Positions 9,760 through 18,224 of a DNA stretch of 20,783 bases are shown piece by piece. The DNA is taken from UHGV virus genome UHGV-0270338. One strand, given 5' to 3'. This stretch comes from a virus. Both the position numbers and the translations under genes were made by a program. The notes beneath the pieces were generated by a model. That model saw only the letters and a program-made list of their open reading frames with translations. It was not told the DNA's origin and searched no databases. Within the stretch, counting starts at the first letter, position 1, and the number at the start of each line of letters is the position of its first letter.

Positions 9760-10473
9760 CTATTCCTGTTTAAAGGCAGGAGTAATAGTGTCTTCACCTT
9801 CACTACTTGATTTTTCAGTGTTAACACGTTTTTTCATATTAGCCCCGATGTTCTTAGATGGCTGTGTTTTGATAGCTACAGTGTTTACAGTGCCATAAGA
9901 AACGAGCCTGATCTGCTCAAAGCTAAGATCAAATACTAGGGATTCGCTTGCCTCTTCTGTGTATTCGATGCCTGTTAAAACAACGTTCTCAAAAGTTTTA
10001 TTTTCTGTAACAAGAAGAAAAGGCTGTCTACTGTCCATAATCTGATTCAGATAATCAATCGCTAATGATCTTCTGTTCCCGTTCACCCCTGCACTCTTTA
10101 ACAAGCCAGGATCGCTTTTAATCGGTGTTTCAGTGATCCTTCCTTTAAGAGAAAACTTATTGTTTTTAATTTGAACGTGATCCGATACATTAGCACCATT
10201 TTCTACGGGGTAGCTTGTAACATCTGCCGAACGTCTCACGTTCACATCGTCAACACTGTCAAAGGCCAGTGCCATATAATTTTCATAAACGTCATTACCA
10301 GAAGATGCCAGCCCACTGGTAACAATAGCAAATCCATTTTCTCCTTTTGTTTTATTGGCTTTGCTATTTTCGTTTTTTGTAGAGTTTATATCTTGTTCTG
10401 CTTTGTAAACAGCCTGAACGTGTTGTTCTGGAGTATTTGCTGCACGTATGGTTAAAATCCCGGCGGTCGCCAT
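9760..10473 (-). CDS. Hypothetical protein, last gene of the structural-like operon
   Basis: 237 aa ORF, Ser/Thr/Asn-rich; no recognisable motif. Confidence 0.45.
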   Translation of the reverse strand: MATAGILTIRAANTPEQHVQAVYKAEQDINSTKNENSKANKTKGENGFAIVTSGLASSGNDVYENYMALAFDSVDDVNVRRSADVTSYPVENGANVSDHVQIKNNKFSLKGRITETPIKSDPGLLKSAGVNGNRRSLAIDYLNQIMDSRQPFLLVTENKTFENVVLTGIEYTEEASESLVFDLSFEQIRLVSYGTVNTVAIKTQPSKNIGANMKKRVNTEKSSSEGEDTITPAFKQE

Positions 10474-10506
10474 AATAATAATTTCCTTGTAATGTTATGG
10501 CGGGAA

Positions 10507-12345
10507 TTACCCGCCGTTGGATTGTCCTGATAAGCTGGTTAATGTTAATGATTTCAAGAAGCTATCCCGACTTGCTCTCGCTGTAAAATCCACATAATCG
10601 CTTAATCTGGATGTGTCAGAATTAATAGTAAGAGGAACTTCTGTTACCACTTCAAATGTAGGATTCAGATTAAACACAGGAGATAAATTATAAGCCGGAG
10701 TTGTCATTGCAAGATTATTTAAAGCACCCTGTTTGAGATTGGTTATCGGTGCTTCGCTGACTGACATTTTTACATCTGACACAGAAGAAGCATTATCATC
10801 GAAAAGCAATCCCTTAAGAGTGTTAAAGAAAGAATGACTATTATCAGGTGTAGTTGTTGCAGTGCCAGCGCCTTTATATTGGTCAGGAACGAGCTTAGAA
10901 AGATGCTGTTTCATCCCTTCATTGCTTAATGGCGGTGCATCTCCCATATTTTTCTGAATAGCATCTGTCTTATCATCATTACGATTAAACCAGTTTACAA
11001 TCTTCATAATGGCTTCAAAAAGACTTCCTGACGCTTCTCCTAGCCTTGTAAAATACGGAGTGAGATTAGAAAGGTTTTTCATAAACTCTTCCGTTACTTT
11101 TGGATCGAGAGATTTCATAAAGCCGTCTACGAATGCTACTTGTCTTGCATCAGAAAGCTGTGAAAGCTGTCTGTTTAGTTCTCTGAATTTAACAATAGAG
11201 TCTTGCTGTGTTTCTGTTAGCCATTTTCCAGAGGCTTTTTGCTGATTAATACTTTCTTGTACATCTTTAACGGAACGTTGCCAATATTTTGACGTAAGCA
11301 TCAAATCATCGCCCAGGTCTTCTAAACGTTGTCCAATTTGGGAGTCTGAAAACCCTTTTTTCATCATTCCATTAACAGCCTTAGAAATTAATCCGGCTGG
11401 ATTATCAGCAAATTTTTTAAGGTCGCTCTTGTTAATAACACCGATGTTTAGAAGTTCATTAATAGCGTTATCACCGCCTTTCCATTCGCCGCCTTTACCA
11501 GTTTTTTTATCGACTACATATTCAGCTTCACTATAGGATTTTGCGGCACGTTCCCTAACATCTTTCATCTGATCCAGGTATTTCCTAGCCCCTTGATCAC
11601 CCATCATAGAGTCAACGCCGTTTCTATAGGCCCATTCTGTAATGTTGTACATCTGGTTAACGTCTACACCGCCAAGCCTTGCACGTTGAATTAGCTCACC
11701 TTGTGTCTCTGCGTTAGCGAAACTGTTACTAACAAACTCCGACGCTTTACTAACAGCCATCACGCCAGCAGCCGCTGTAGCGCCTCCAAATAACAGAGCA
11801 CCCATCGTGGCGGAATTCCCTGATCCTCCTCCCTTAACGGGGGCTAATTGAGCTTTTCTGTTGCCATTAATCTTACGTTGTTGCTGTTGTAGGCGTTTCA
11901 TCTGACTATTCATACGTGCAAGCGAGATAGCCCCTTGCTCATATTGTTTTGCTATCTCTCTAGCCTGTGCAATAGCTTTGTATTGTTCCGCTACAGAGAG
12001 GCGGTGCATTGCACTGATAGAGCTTGACACATCAAGGAGTTTTAATTCTGCTTTCTCTTTACGTGCTGCTATTTGTTGCTGTTGCCTTGCCTGTGCTCTT
12101 GCTGCGGCAGCTTGTGCTCTTTGATTTTGTTTTTCGGTTTTAGCTTTCTGTTGAGCAATCTTATCTACTTCACTTTGTGCTTTCTTATAGCCTTTAGTGA
12201 CATTATCAAACCTTAATTTAGCGGGCTTGATGTTTTCTGCGAATTCCTTTAAGCCTGTAATAGAGTCTTTCGCTTTTTTCAAGCTGTCTTTATCTACACT
12301 AAATGTTACTGTGTTCTTAATTTTAGAAGTGTTAATTTCTAACAT
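10507..12345 (-). CDS. Coiled-coil protein with Gly/Ala-rich hydrophobic segment (tape-measure-like or scaffold-like)
   Basis: 612 aa; N-terminal Q/A/K/R-rich helical region (AQAAAARAQARQQQQIAARKEKAELK), then GGGSGNSATMGALLFGGATAAAGVMAV; no Walker A or other catalytic motif seen. Confidence 0.5.
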   Translation of the reverse strand: MLEINTSKIKNTVTFSVDKDSLKKAKDSITGLKEFAENIKPAKLRFDNVTKGYKKAQSEVDKIAQQKAKTEKQNQRAQAAAARAQARQQQQIAARKEKAELKLLDVSSSISAMHRLSVAEQYKAIAQAREIAKQYEQGAISLARMNSQMKRLQQQQRKINGNRKAQLAPVKGGGSGNSATMGALLFGGATAAAGVMAVSKASEFVSNSFANAETQGELIQRARLGGVDVNQMYNITEWAYRNGVDSMMGDQGARKYLDQMKDVRERAAKSYSEAEYVVDKKTGKGGEWKGGDNAINELLNIGVINKSDLKKFADNPAGLISKAVNGMMKKGFSDSQIGQRLEDLGDDLMLTSKYWQRSVKDVQESINQQKASGKWLTETQQDSIVKFRELNRQLSQLSDARQVAFVDGFMKSLDPKVTEEFMKNLSNLTPYFTRLGEASGSLFEAIMKIVNWFNRNDDKTDAIQKNMGDAPPLSNEGMKQHLSKLVPDQYKGAGTATTTPDNSHSFFNTLKGLLFDDNASSVSDVKMSVSEAPITNLKQGALNNLAMTTPAYNLSPVFNLNPTFEVVTEVPLTINSDTSRLSDYVDFTARASRDSFLKSLTLTSLSGQSNGG

Positions 12346-12359
12346 TTAAAATCCCCTTA

Positions 12360-12563
12360 TTAATCATTTTTACCACCTTCTTTACTTAAGAAATGGTGTA
12401 GAGCCTGATCAATACTCTCGTTTAGTCTGAACATACGGGCTTTTACTCCTTCATATGGAACATCTAAGAGAGAACATAGATATTTCAGATTTAACAAGCC
12501 TCTTGAATCATTAGCATCTAAATGTACGTGTACACCATTTTTTGATTTCAAAATCACTTCCAT
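12360..12563 (-). CDS. Hypothetical small protein
   Basis: 67 aa; SD gaggtga upstream of ATG; directly follows an internal terminator. Confidence 0.4.
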   Translation of the reverse strand: MEVILKSKNGVHVHLDANDSRGLLNLKYLCSLLDVPYEGVKARMFRLNESIDQALHHFLSKEGGKND

Positions 12564-12587
12564 ATTTTAATCACCTCTCAAAATTTA

Positions 12588-12632
12588 AAAAATAAATAAA
12601 AAAAAGGCGAAGCGTGAATACACGCCACGCCT
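12588..12632 (-). terminator. Rho-independent terminator immediately after the capsid-like gene
   Basis: Minus-strand RNA forms aggcguggcgug-uauu-cacgcuucgccu followed by an 8-U run (plus-strand A-run 12590..12604). Confidence 0.6.
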
Positions 12633-12649
12633 CTATTACACGTTAAATA

Positions 12650-13678
12650 TTATTTAACAGTGATTTGAACGGAGAAGCCTACACCGTGGTTTACAACCAT
12701 CTGGCTATTCTCTGTAACAACGTTAACAGCATCACCACGAGAAGATTCATAGCTATAGCTGTACACCTCAGCAGGAGCGGCATTAATCAGTTCAAAGGTG
12801 CTGGAAGCAGCCCCGTAGATGTTCTGATATACATTAGAGCCTTTAGCAAACTTCGGAACCGCTACAGCGTCTGCGGTCATATGTGCAAGGTGTAGCGGAT
12901 CTACCAGTTTAATAACATCAATGTTAGTTCCTGGAATAGTGAACGCTGTCACCCCCGGTAGCAGGTCACGACGCTGGTACACAACATTTCCCTCTTCCAG
13001 TGGGCTTACATACTGGAATGCGTTTGCCATACCCGCAGAGAATCGAATTGCAGAGAAGGCTTCCGGCTTACAGAAAACAACAATACGCTCTACAGCAGCC
13101 GCCTGGCTTTGTGCTTTCTCGATAATGTCAGTAGCAATCTGATCAAATTCTTTAAAAATCTTCGTGGTGTCAGTGCTGGAGGCGTTAACAGTGGCTTTCA
13201 TAGGTGTCACATTAAACAGCTTGCCCCACTCGATAAGAACATCATCAGTTTTCGGGGTGTAGGTGCGACCACTAAACAGAGAAGCAGCCAATACGCTCTC
13301 TTTTGTACGCTGATACGCTACGTGGTGTTTAGCAACATAGTCAGCATAGATATCAGTGAGTGTTTCCTGAAAATCAGTGCCAGGCTTACGCTTGCCTTGC
13401 ACGTCCTGCGGTTTGATCAGGTCTTGCCTTAAAAAGTACGGGATTTCAATAAGATATTCTTTACCTTGTTCTCGCTTAGTAACGTTGTGTTCAGAAGAGA
13501 AACGAGAGGTTTCTTTGTTGAACAGAGATTCGTTGCTTTCGACAAGCTGGGAAACAGCTACTTTATGAGATGTAACCCCTACAGAATCCGTAAAATCAAG
13601 AGTAGAGAGCAGATAGTTTCTAGTGCTATGAGCCTGGAAAAGCGGAGCTAAATCAACGTAATCATTACCTAGAATCAT
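12650..13678 (-). CDS. Putative HK97-fold major capsid-like protein
   Basis: 342 aa; segment RIVVFCKPEAFSAI...MANAFQYVSPLEEGN resembles, from memory, the conserved region of podovirus T7 gp10-type capsid proteins; followed by a strong terminator as is typical for a major structural gene; no signal peptide. Confidence 0.45.
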   Translation of the reverse strand: MILGNDYVDLAPLFQAHSTRNYLLSTLDFTDSVGVTSHKVAVSQLVESNESLFNKETSRFSSEHNVTKREQGKEYLIEIPYFLRQDLIKPQDVQGKRKPGTDFQETLTDIYADYVAKHHVAYQRTKESVLAASLFSGRTYTPKTDDVLIEWGKLFNVTPMKATVNASSTDTTKIFKEFDQIATDIIEKAQSQAAAVERIVVFCKPEAFSAIRFSAGMANAFQYVSPLEEGNVVYQRRDLLPGVTAFTIPGTNIDVIKLVDPLHLAHMTADAVAVPKFAKGSNVYQNIYGAASSTFELINAAPAEVYSYSYESSRGDAVNVVTENSQMVVNHGVGFSVQITVK

Positions 13679-13696
13679 TTATTATTATTCCTTTTA

Positions 13697-14059
13697 TTAA
13701 GAAGTGAAAACAGAGTGGAACCCTTCAAGCTGGAAGCCTTTTTTAATTAATGCTGTTTTTGCTGCTTCACTTACAGCATTCAGCGCATCAGCTTTGATGC
13801 AGACAAGGCCAGCATTGCTACGTAGCACATCTACAGGCTTGTTGTCTCCAGCCGTTAAAAACTCACTCATAACAACATAGATATCATCTCCTGATACATA
13901 TTTAGCGCCAGTGCTGGTGATCAAGTCGCCGCATTCAACATCAGCAGGAAGAGAAGCAAAAACCTTGCTTTCTACAGAGGCAAACGGATCAGTACAATAA
14001 CTTACAATATCTGTGAAAGTCTTTCGAACTGGAAATAGAGTGTCTAAATCAATAATCAT
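13697..14059 (-). CDS. Hypothetical protein (possible head accessory, decoration or scaffold protein)
   Basis: 120 aa; immediately upstream of the capsid-like gene, start overlaps stop of preceding ORF. Confidence 0.35.
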   Translation of the reverse strand: MIIDLDTLFPVRKTFTDIVSYCTDPFASVESKVFASLPADVECGDLITSTGAKYVSGDDIYVVMSEFLTAGDNKPVDVLRSNAGLVCIKADALNAVSEAAKTALIKKGFQLEGFHSVFTS

Positions 14060-14268
14060 TTAGTAATCTCCTTAGCTTTTAATTTGATTAATTCATTAAG
14101 GGAAGGTGTAGACGGAGAAGAAGGAGAAAAATATTTTTCAACACAACGTTCCACTTCTTCGACAGAACACCCAGCGTATTTAGCTACCATTTCGGTAATT
14201 TGTGGATTGATCTTTAGCATTTCATCGCGATACTTGATGATTTGCTCTTTATCATTTAAAAACAACAT
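14056..14268 (-). CDS. Hypothetical small protein, first gene of operon B
   Basis: 70 aa; translationally coupled (ATGA overlap) with the next gene. Confidence 0.35.
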   Translation of the reverse strand: MLFLNDKEQIIKYRDEMLKINPQITEMVAKYAGCSVEEVERCVEKYFSPSSPSTPSLNELIKLKAKEITK

Positions 14269-14303
14269 TTATATAAACCTTGTTACCTTGTTTAAAGTAA
14301 GAA

Positions 14304-14323
14304 ATACAACTTTTAAGTTGTAT
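14304..14323. promoter_or_regulatory. Perfect palindrome ATACAACTT-TT-AAGTTGTAT, candidate operator at the operon B promoter
   Basis: 9-bp inverted repeat with 2-bp spacer between the upstream terminator and the first ORF of operon B. Confidence 0.4.
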
Positions 14324-14335
14324 AACGGGCAAAAT

Positions 14336-14365
14336 AAAAGGCAGCATTTAGAGCCGCCTTTTATT
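14336..14365. terminator. Bidirectional hairpin terminator separating operon A from operon B
   Basis: aaaaggcagc-atttaga-gccgcctttt, flanked by A-run and T-run. Confidence 0.5.
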
Positions 14366-14392
14366 AACTTGTACCTATGTAATTACCCTATG

Positions 14393-14420
14393 TTATGCAT
14401 ACTCCAAGATGTATGCATAA
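14393..14420. promoter_or_regulatory. Two copies of palindromic octamer TATGCATA (ttatgcatac ... gtatgcataa), candidate operator
   Basis: Inverted pair of 10-mers, each containing a self-complementary TATGCATA. Confidence 0.35.
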
Positions 14421-14611
14421 CAAAGGAAAAAAGAGGTAATAATGACACTTAAGGAGGAGGAGAAGCGGGGAGCGGAGATTTTACTCCCCTTTAACGACAA
14501 GAAGAATTTTTAATATCGAACCAATAAAGGAAAAATAATCACCCTATATAATTATATTAACATACAATAGATGAAATGTCAAGATATTTTACAACTTTTT
14601 TGTTGCTTTTT

Positions 14612-14974
14612 TTATTCTTCTGTGATAACGGCTAAGCGTTGAGCGAGTTCGATAAGGCCATCTCCCACATAGCGAACATCAGATTCAATATCTTCTATCC
14701 AGTTTGATAGCTCCCATATCTGATCGGCTGTCAGGTATGCGTTCTCACGCTTACAGAGCATCTCTACACGCTTAGAGAGGTGCTCAAAGGCATTTACAGC
14801 TAAATCCCAGTGTTTAAACGCCTCATTAAGTGCCGCTGGCGTATTTTCTTTATATGCATCAAGTTCAGCGCGGTTTAAAGGCAGGAGGTAATCATCCTCA
14901 TAATAATTAATTAGTGAGTAAATTGTATCATACGTGTTTTTGTTCATATTAAAAGTCTCCATAGTGATCATCAT
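14612..14974 (-). CDS. Hypothetical helical protein
   Basis: 120 aa ORF; likely true start at internal ATG (MNKNTYD..., ggag 9 nt upstream). Confidence 0.4.
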   Translation of the reverse strand: MMITMETFNMNKNTYDTIYSLINYYEDDYLLPLNRAELDAYKENTPAALNEAFKHWDLAVNAFEHLSKRVEMLCKRENAYLTADQIWELSNWIEDIESDVRYVGDGLIELAQRLAVITEE

Positions 14975-15356
14975 TATCTAAATGGAATTCAGGAACTAAA
15001 TTATTTAGGCCATTGGTGGCGAGATAACCAACGTAGTGGTTATAGTCTTCAAATCCTAAAATCTGGTATTTGCGTAAATCAGAGCTGTCAACGATATACT
15101 CTTTTCTTTTTCTAGGTTTCCAGAACACGCCAGGTGTTGAAGATAAGATTTCTTGTAATGCGATATATTCATCTCCACAAGGCACAGAGGGAGAATGTTC
15201 TATGATCTCTGTTTTCCATTCGCCAGGGGCGCTATTTTGCTTGGAGAGCGTAACTAGCTCTTTAAAGTCTTTGCGTCTTAGAATAGATTTAGGTTTACTT
15301 AGAAGAGAAGCTGAATCACCGATTTTCTTAACAACGTTGTTTTTTCTTTTTGCCAT
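14949..15356 (-). CDS. Hypothetical protein with basic N-terminus and acidic C-terminus
   Basis: 135 aa; MAKRKNNVVKK N-terminus; ends ...HLDNDDHYGDF. Confidence 0.4.
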   Translation of the reverse strand: MAKRKNNVVKKIGDSASLLSKPKSILRRKDFKELVTLSKQNSAPGEWKTEIIEHSPSVPCGDEYIALQEILSSTPGVFWKPRKRKEYIVDSSDLRKYQILGFEDYNHYVGYLATNGLNNLVPEFHLDNDDHYGDF

Positions 15357-15485
15357 TTATTTTTCCTTTTCTTTTAAAGGAAAACACCCCGAAGTATGTT
15401 TCTAACGTGAGAAAGAACAATAACCAATACATAGCTACTATCATAATAATGTTTTCCTTTTATATTTTAATTACATAGAGAGATT

Positions 15486-15761
15486 TTAGAGAGTGGAATA
15501 GATGAATTCTACTTTACCCAGTCTTTTGAGATTGAATGTAGAGAAAGATAATTCTTTAATCTCTATAACACCGAAATTTGATAGCTGTCTAAGCCAGAAT
15601 TTTAAACCATCTTCAGAGCAAGCTGCTCGATGTAACACATCGCTATATTTTAGCGGTGTTGGCTTTCCTTTATAGAGGTAAGCAAGTGTCTCGTAGATGC
15701 GTTTTCCTGTGTCATTACACTGAATTCTGTCTACTTGATTTTTTACTAAATATTGAATCAT
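15486..15761 (-). CDS. Hypothetical small protein
   Basis: 91 aa ORF in operon A. Confidence 0.4.
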   Translation of the reverse strand: MIQYLVKNQVDRIQCNDTGKRIYETLAYLYKGKPTPLKYSDVLHRAACSEDGLKFWLRQLSNFGVIEIKELSFSTFNLKRLGKVEFIYSTL

Positions 15762-15772
15762 AACCCTCCTTA

Positions 15773-16429
15773 TTAAAATGGAATATCAAAGTCATCATAC
15801 ACATTTGGGTAATGCTTAGAAAAATATGCCTCAATACCATTTGGTAGCTTTAACCTGTGCTTATAGGCTAACGATGTTGCAAATTCTATAAATGATGCTC
15901 CTCCTGTTCTTTTGTCTTTCTTCTGGATGATAAGAGAGGCAAAATTCTCTAACACATCCTCCTCATTATCATTAGCTACCTTTTCACTTGATGAAACAGG
16001 TGTTTCTTCCGTCTCCCACGGTAAAGGCGTATCCCAATCATCATCAAGAACATCAAAAGAAGACTCTTTATTATCTTCCGTAGGGGGAAGCTGATCAGGA
16101 ACAGCTTTAACAGTAGCTTCTTGTTGTGTCTGGGCTTCTTGTCTAGCTTCTTCTTGTGGAATATCTACCACTTGATAGACATTAGAACTTCCTGGTCGTG
16201 CATCTTTTATAATTAATCCCATTTCGAGCAATTTCTTAACCCTTTCCTCTGCTGCTCTTGGTGTTATGCCAAAAACATCGCCTATCTTAGCGTAAGAGGG
16301 AAATGCACGATCAAACCCTTTCAGATAGCAGTAAAGGTTTTTAGCACTATCTGTAAATTTATGCCCGTTTACTTGGCTTATTTTTAGAATCCACATAGGA
16401 ACTTTTACAAATTGTTCTTCATTAATCAT
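15773..16429 (-). CDS. Winged-helix DNA-binding protein with acidic linker and SSB-C-terminal-tip-like tail (candidate replication initiator / host replisome recruiter)
   Basis: 218 aa; N-terminal HTH-like segment (FPSYAKIGDVFGITPRAAEERVKKLLEMGLI); long D/E/Q-rich linker; C-terminus ...YDDFDIPF, close to the E. coli SSB tip DDDIPF. Confidence 0.55.
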   Translation of the reverse strand: MINEEQFVKVPMWILKISQVNGHKFTDSAKNLYCYLKGFDRAFPSYAKIGDVFGITPRAAEERVKKLLEMGLIIKDARPGSSNVYQVVDIPQEEARQEAQTQQEATVKAVPDQLPPTEDNKESSFDVLDDDWDTPLPWETEETPVSSSEKVANDNEEDVLENFASLIIQKKDKRTGGASFIEFATSLAYKHRLKLPNGIEAYFSKHYPNVYDDFDIPF

Positions 16430-16480
16430 TAAAAATCTCCTTATAAATCACGCTTAATGCGCTACTAAAGTGAATGAGGA

Positions 16481-16648
16481 TCACTTACCCTTTTTTTGTT
16501 TGATGTTCTCTGCTGCTTCAGTAATGATTTCTAACATCAAATCACTGACCATAATTTGCCTTTTCTTGGCTTCAGCAAATAAAACCTTGAAGATTTCAGG
16601 GTCAACGTGTAGGTAAGTGCGCGGAATTGGTTTCTTAGTTTCGCTCAT
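16481..16648 (-). CDS. Ribbon-helix-helix (RHH) DNA-binding protein
   Basis: 55 aa from ATG 16648 with excellent SD (aagaggaggag); beta-strand RTYLHV followed by two helices (PEIFKVLFAEAKKRQ, MVSDLMLEIITEA) typical of Arc/CopG/Omega fold. Confidence 0.55.
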   Translation of the reverse strand: MSETKKPIPRTYLHVDPEIFKVLFAEAKKRQIMVSDLMLEIITEAAENIKQKKGK

Positions 16649-16670
16649 AGTTTTCTCCTCCTCTTGTCTA

Positions 16671-16853
16671 TTATTCTTTCTCTGCTTCTTTCTTACGCAG
16701 TTCATCAATAATTTTCAGTGCATCGTCAAAACATTTTTCACGCTCTGGATAACCTCGACTCCTTGCCATATTACGGTTCATTACTACTTGGTGGCGTGTA
16801 AGCTCACCTTTTTTAAATGCCTGGACGACGTGCTCAGATGTAAACCATTTCAT
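16671..16853 (-). CDS. Small hypothetical protein, first gene of operon A (possible regulator or directionality factor)
   Basis: 60 aa; SD aaggag upstream; immediately upstream of the RHH gene. Confidence 0.4.
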   Translation of the reverse strand: MKWFTSEHVVQAFKKGELTRHQVVMNRNMARSRGYPEREKCFDDALKIIDELRKKEAEKE

Positions 16854-17616
16854 AAAAAACTCCTTATTCAGTTAAAAGAAATAAAACACCTTGCAAGCCT
16901 GACGGCTTCAAAGTGCATTGATTTTGATTATTTAGAGAAGAATGTTTTTCTGTCCCTCTAATACCTATTATTACATATAAAGAAACATTTGTCAATACCT
17001 TTTCATAAAAAATCTGATCTTTTTCATGCACTTACATTTTTTCTTAGCTATTCGTGCTCTTCTGTGTAGTGCTATTCTTCATTATCCGCTAAAACGCTCT
17101 AAAACGCGTTCTAACGAGATTTTGATAAAAGCAATACATTGCCTTATCTAATGGCTGTTTAGCTCGCCAGAGGCTTATTTAAGGGGCTTATTTTGTATTT
17201 GTTAGGTATATGAAAAGGTAATGGTAAATATAAAACAGAGAGTCACTTTATAAAACGCTCTGTAAAGACCTGTAGTGAGCTTATTATATGTAGGCAATGC
17301 GTTTCCATTCCCTACCCTGCTTAATGCTGTTAGAGAAGCATTTAGACCCCTTATTTTTAATTACCTAAAGTATCCTCTATACATCTCTGTTATGAAACAC
17401 CTCTGAATCCTTCATAAAACACATTATGACGCAAAGAACACTTTTCTAAGGTGATTCCCTTCCTGAACTCTGTTTCTTGCGTCAGAGAGCTACAGAGAGC
17501 TTATAAAGCTATTATTAATAATAAAGTAGATAAAGTAAGTAAGATAACTAAGATAGATAAGATTAATAAGATCAGAATTCTCTTTCGGTGTCGCCTCTGG
17601 CTTTTCCACCGAAAAC

Positions 17617-17740
17617 AATTACACGACTACAGAATGTGGAAGTGGAATTGTATTGAGGCTTAGTGAAATTACACGAGGAAAGCAGAGTGTAATTGAGCTT
17701 TAGCCGCTCTCTCTTCGAGTAATTACACAACTACAGAGAA
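17617..17740. repeat. Array of AATTACAC-containing repeats, including palindrome AATTACAC-N12-GTGTAATT (17667..17694)
   Basis: aattacacgactacaga (17617) and aattacacaactacaga (17721) are near-identical 17-mers; perfect 8-bp inverted repeat between them. Confidence 0.5.
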
Positions 17741-17995
17741 TAACGAGAGTTATTAAATGTAGGAGGGTAATTAAGAGTTAGAGAGAGTTAACACGTAAGC
17801 AATCAGTATGATTGGTTAGGTGATTACTCTTCTGCGCACAGCGCAATAGTATTTCTTCGTGGGCGTTACCGCCACGATAGTTACACGAAGAAAGTAACGC
17901 TTTGCTTTCGGTGTGAGCGGAACGGGCCAGCCAACGTAGCCCGAAAGGTAGCGGAGTAAGGCTGCTTGCCAGAGAGTGAAGCTAACGCCGGAAGG

Positions 17996-18180
17996 CAAAA
18001 GATCATATAAATAAATATATAATATTATAATTTAATAAGTAATTTAATAAATGATCTAATAGGTAACAGAATTCTGTGGGGGTGTCTAACAGAATTCTGT
18101 TAGGGTGGGGTAACAGAATTTTGTTAGGGTACAAATCTCTTTAAAAGTTAAGATTAACAGAATTCTGTGGGGGTAGCTCA
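17996..18180. promoter_or_regulatory. Origin-like region: roughly 65 bp of almost pure A/T followed by four iterons TAACAGAATT(C/T)TGTnnGGGT
   Basis: Iterons at 18064, 18087, 18111, 18155 (spacing 23, 24, 44 bp); each contains the palindrome ACAGAATTCTGT; no ORF support. Confidence 0.55.
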
Positions 18181-18224
18181 CAGTGACCTACCGTTACTAC
18201 CAATCATCACATAGCACTCACTCT

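Noticed and set aside
10507-12345. Colicin- or toxin-like reading of the 612-aa protein (Gly-rich region plus coiled coil)
   Set aside because: No immunity or lysis gene arrangement and no recognisable cytotoxic domain; the operon context with a capsid-like gene favours a virion or scaffold role.
10171-13651. Plus-strand ORFs 10171..10455, 11009..11245, 12665..12895, 12921..13142, 13109..13432, 13377..13568, 13466..13651
   Set aside because: Antisense to the long minus-strand operon genes; low-complexity or Cys-rich translations.
14084-14452. 122-aa plus-strand ORF across the operon A/B intergenic region
   Set aside because: Spans the terminator and operator palindromes and overlaps the 70-aa minus-strand gene; the region is better explained as regulatory DNA.
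15070-16094. Plus-strand ORFs 15070..15405 and 15912..16094
   Set aside because: Antisense to operon A genes.
16617-16961. 114-aa plus-strand ORF
   Set aside because: Antisense to the RHH and 60-aa genes and extends into the promoter region; Cys/Phe-rich unlikely protein.
17451-17663. 70-aa ORF in the repeat-rich region
   Set aside because: The translation is a low-complexity KIDKINK repeat produced by tandem gataa-like DNA repeats; no RBS.
17816-17998. 60-aa minus-strand ORF
   Set aside because: Covers the GC-rich nested-hairpin patch; treated as a candidate structured RNA instead of a CDS.
18064-18174. CRISPR array interpretation of the four 20-bp repeats
   Set aside because: Only four copies with 3-24 bp gaps instead of about 30-bp unique spacers, the repeats are internally palindromic, and there are no cas genes; iterons fit better.
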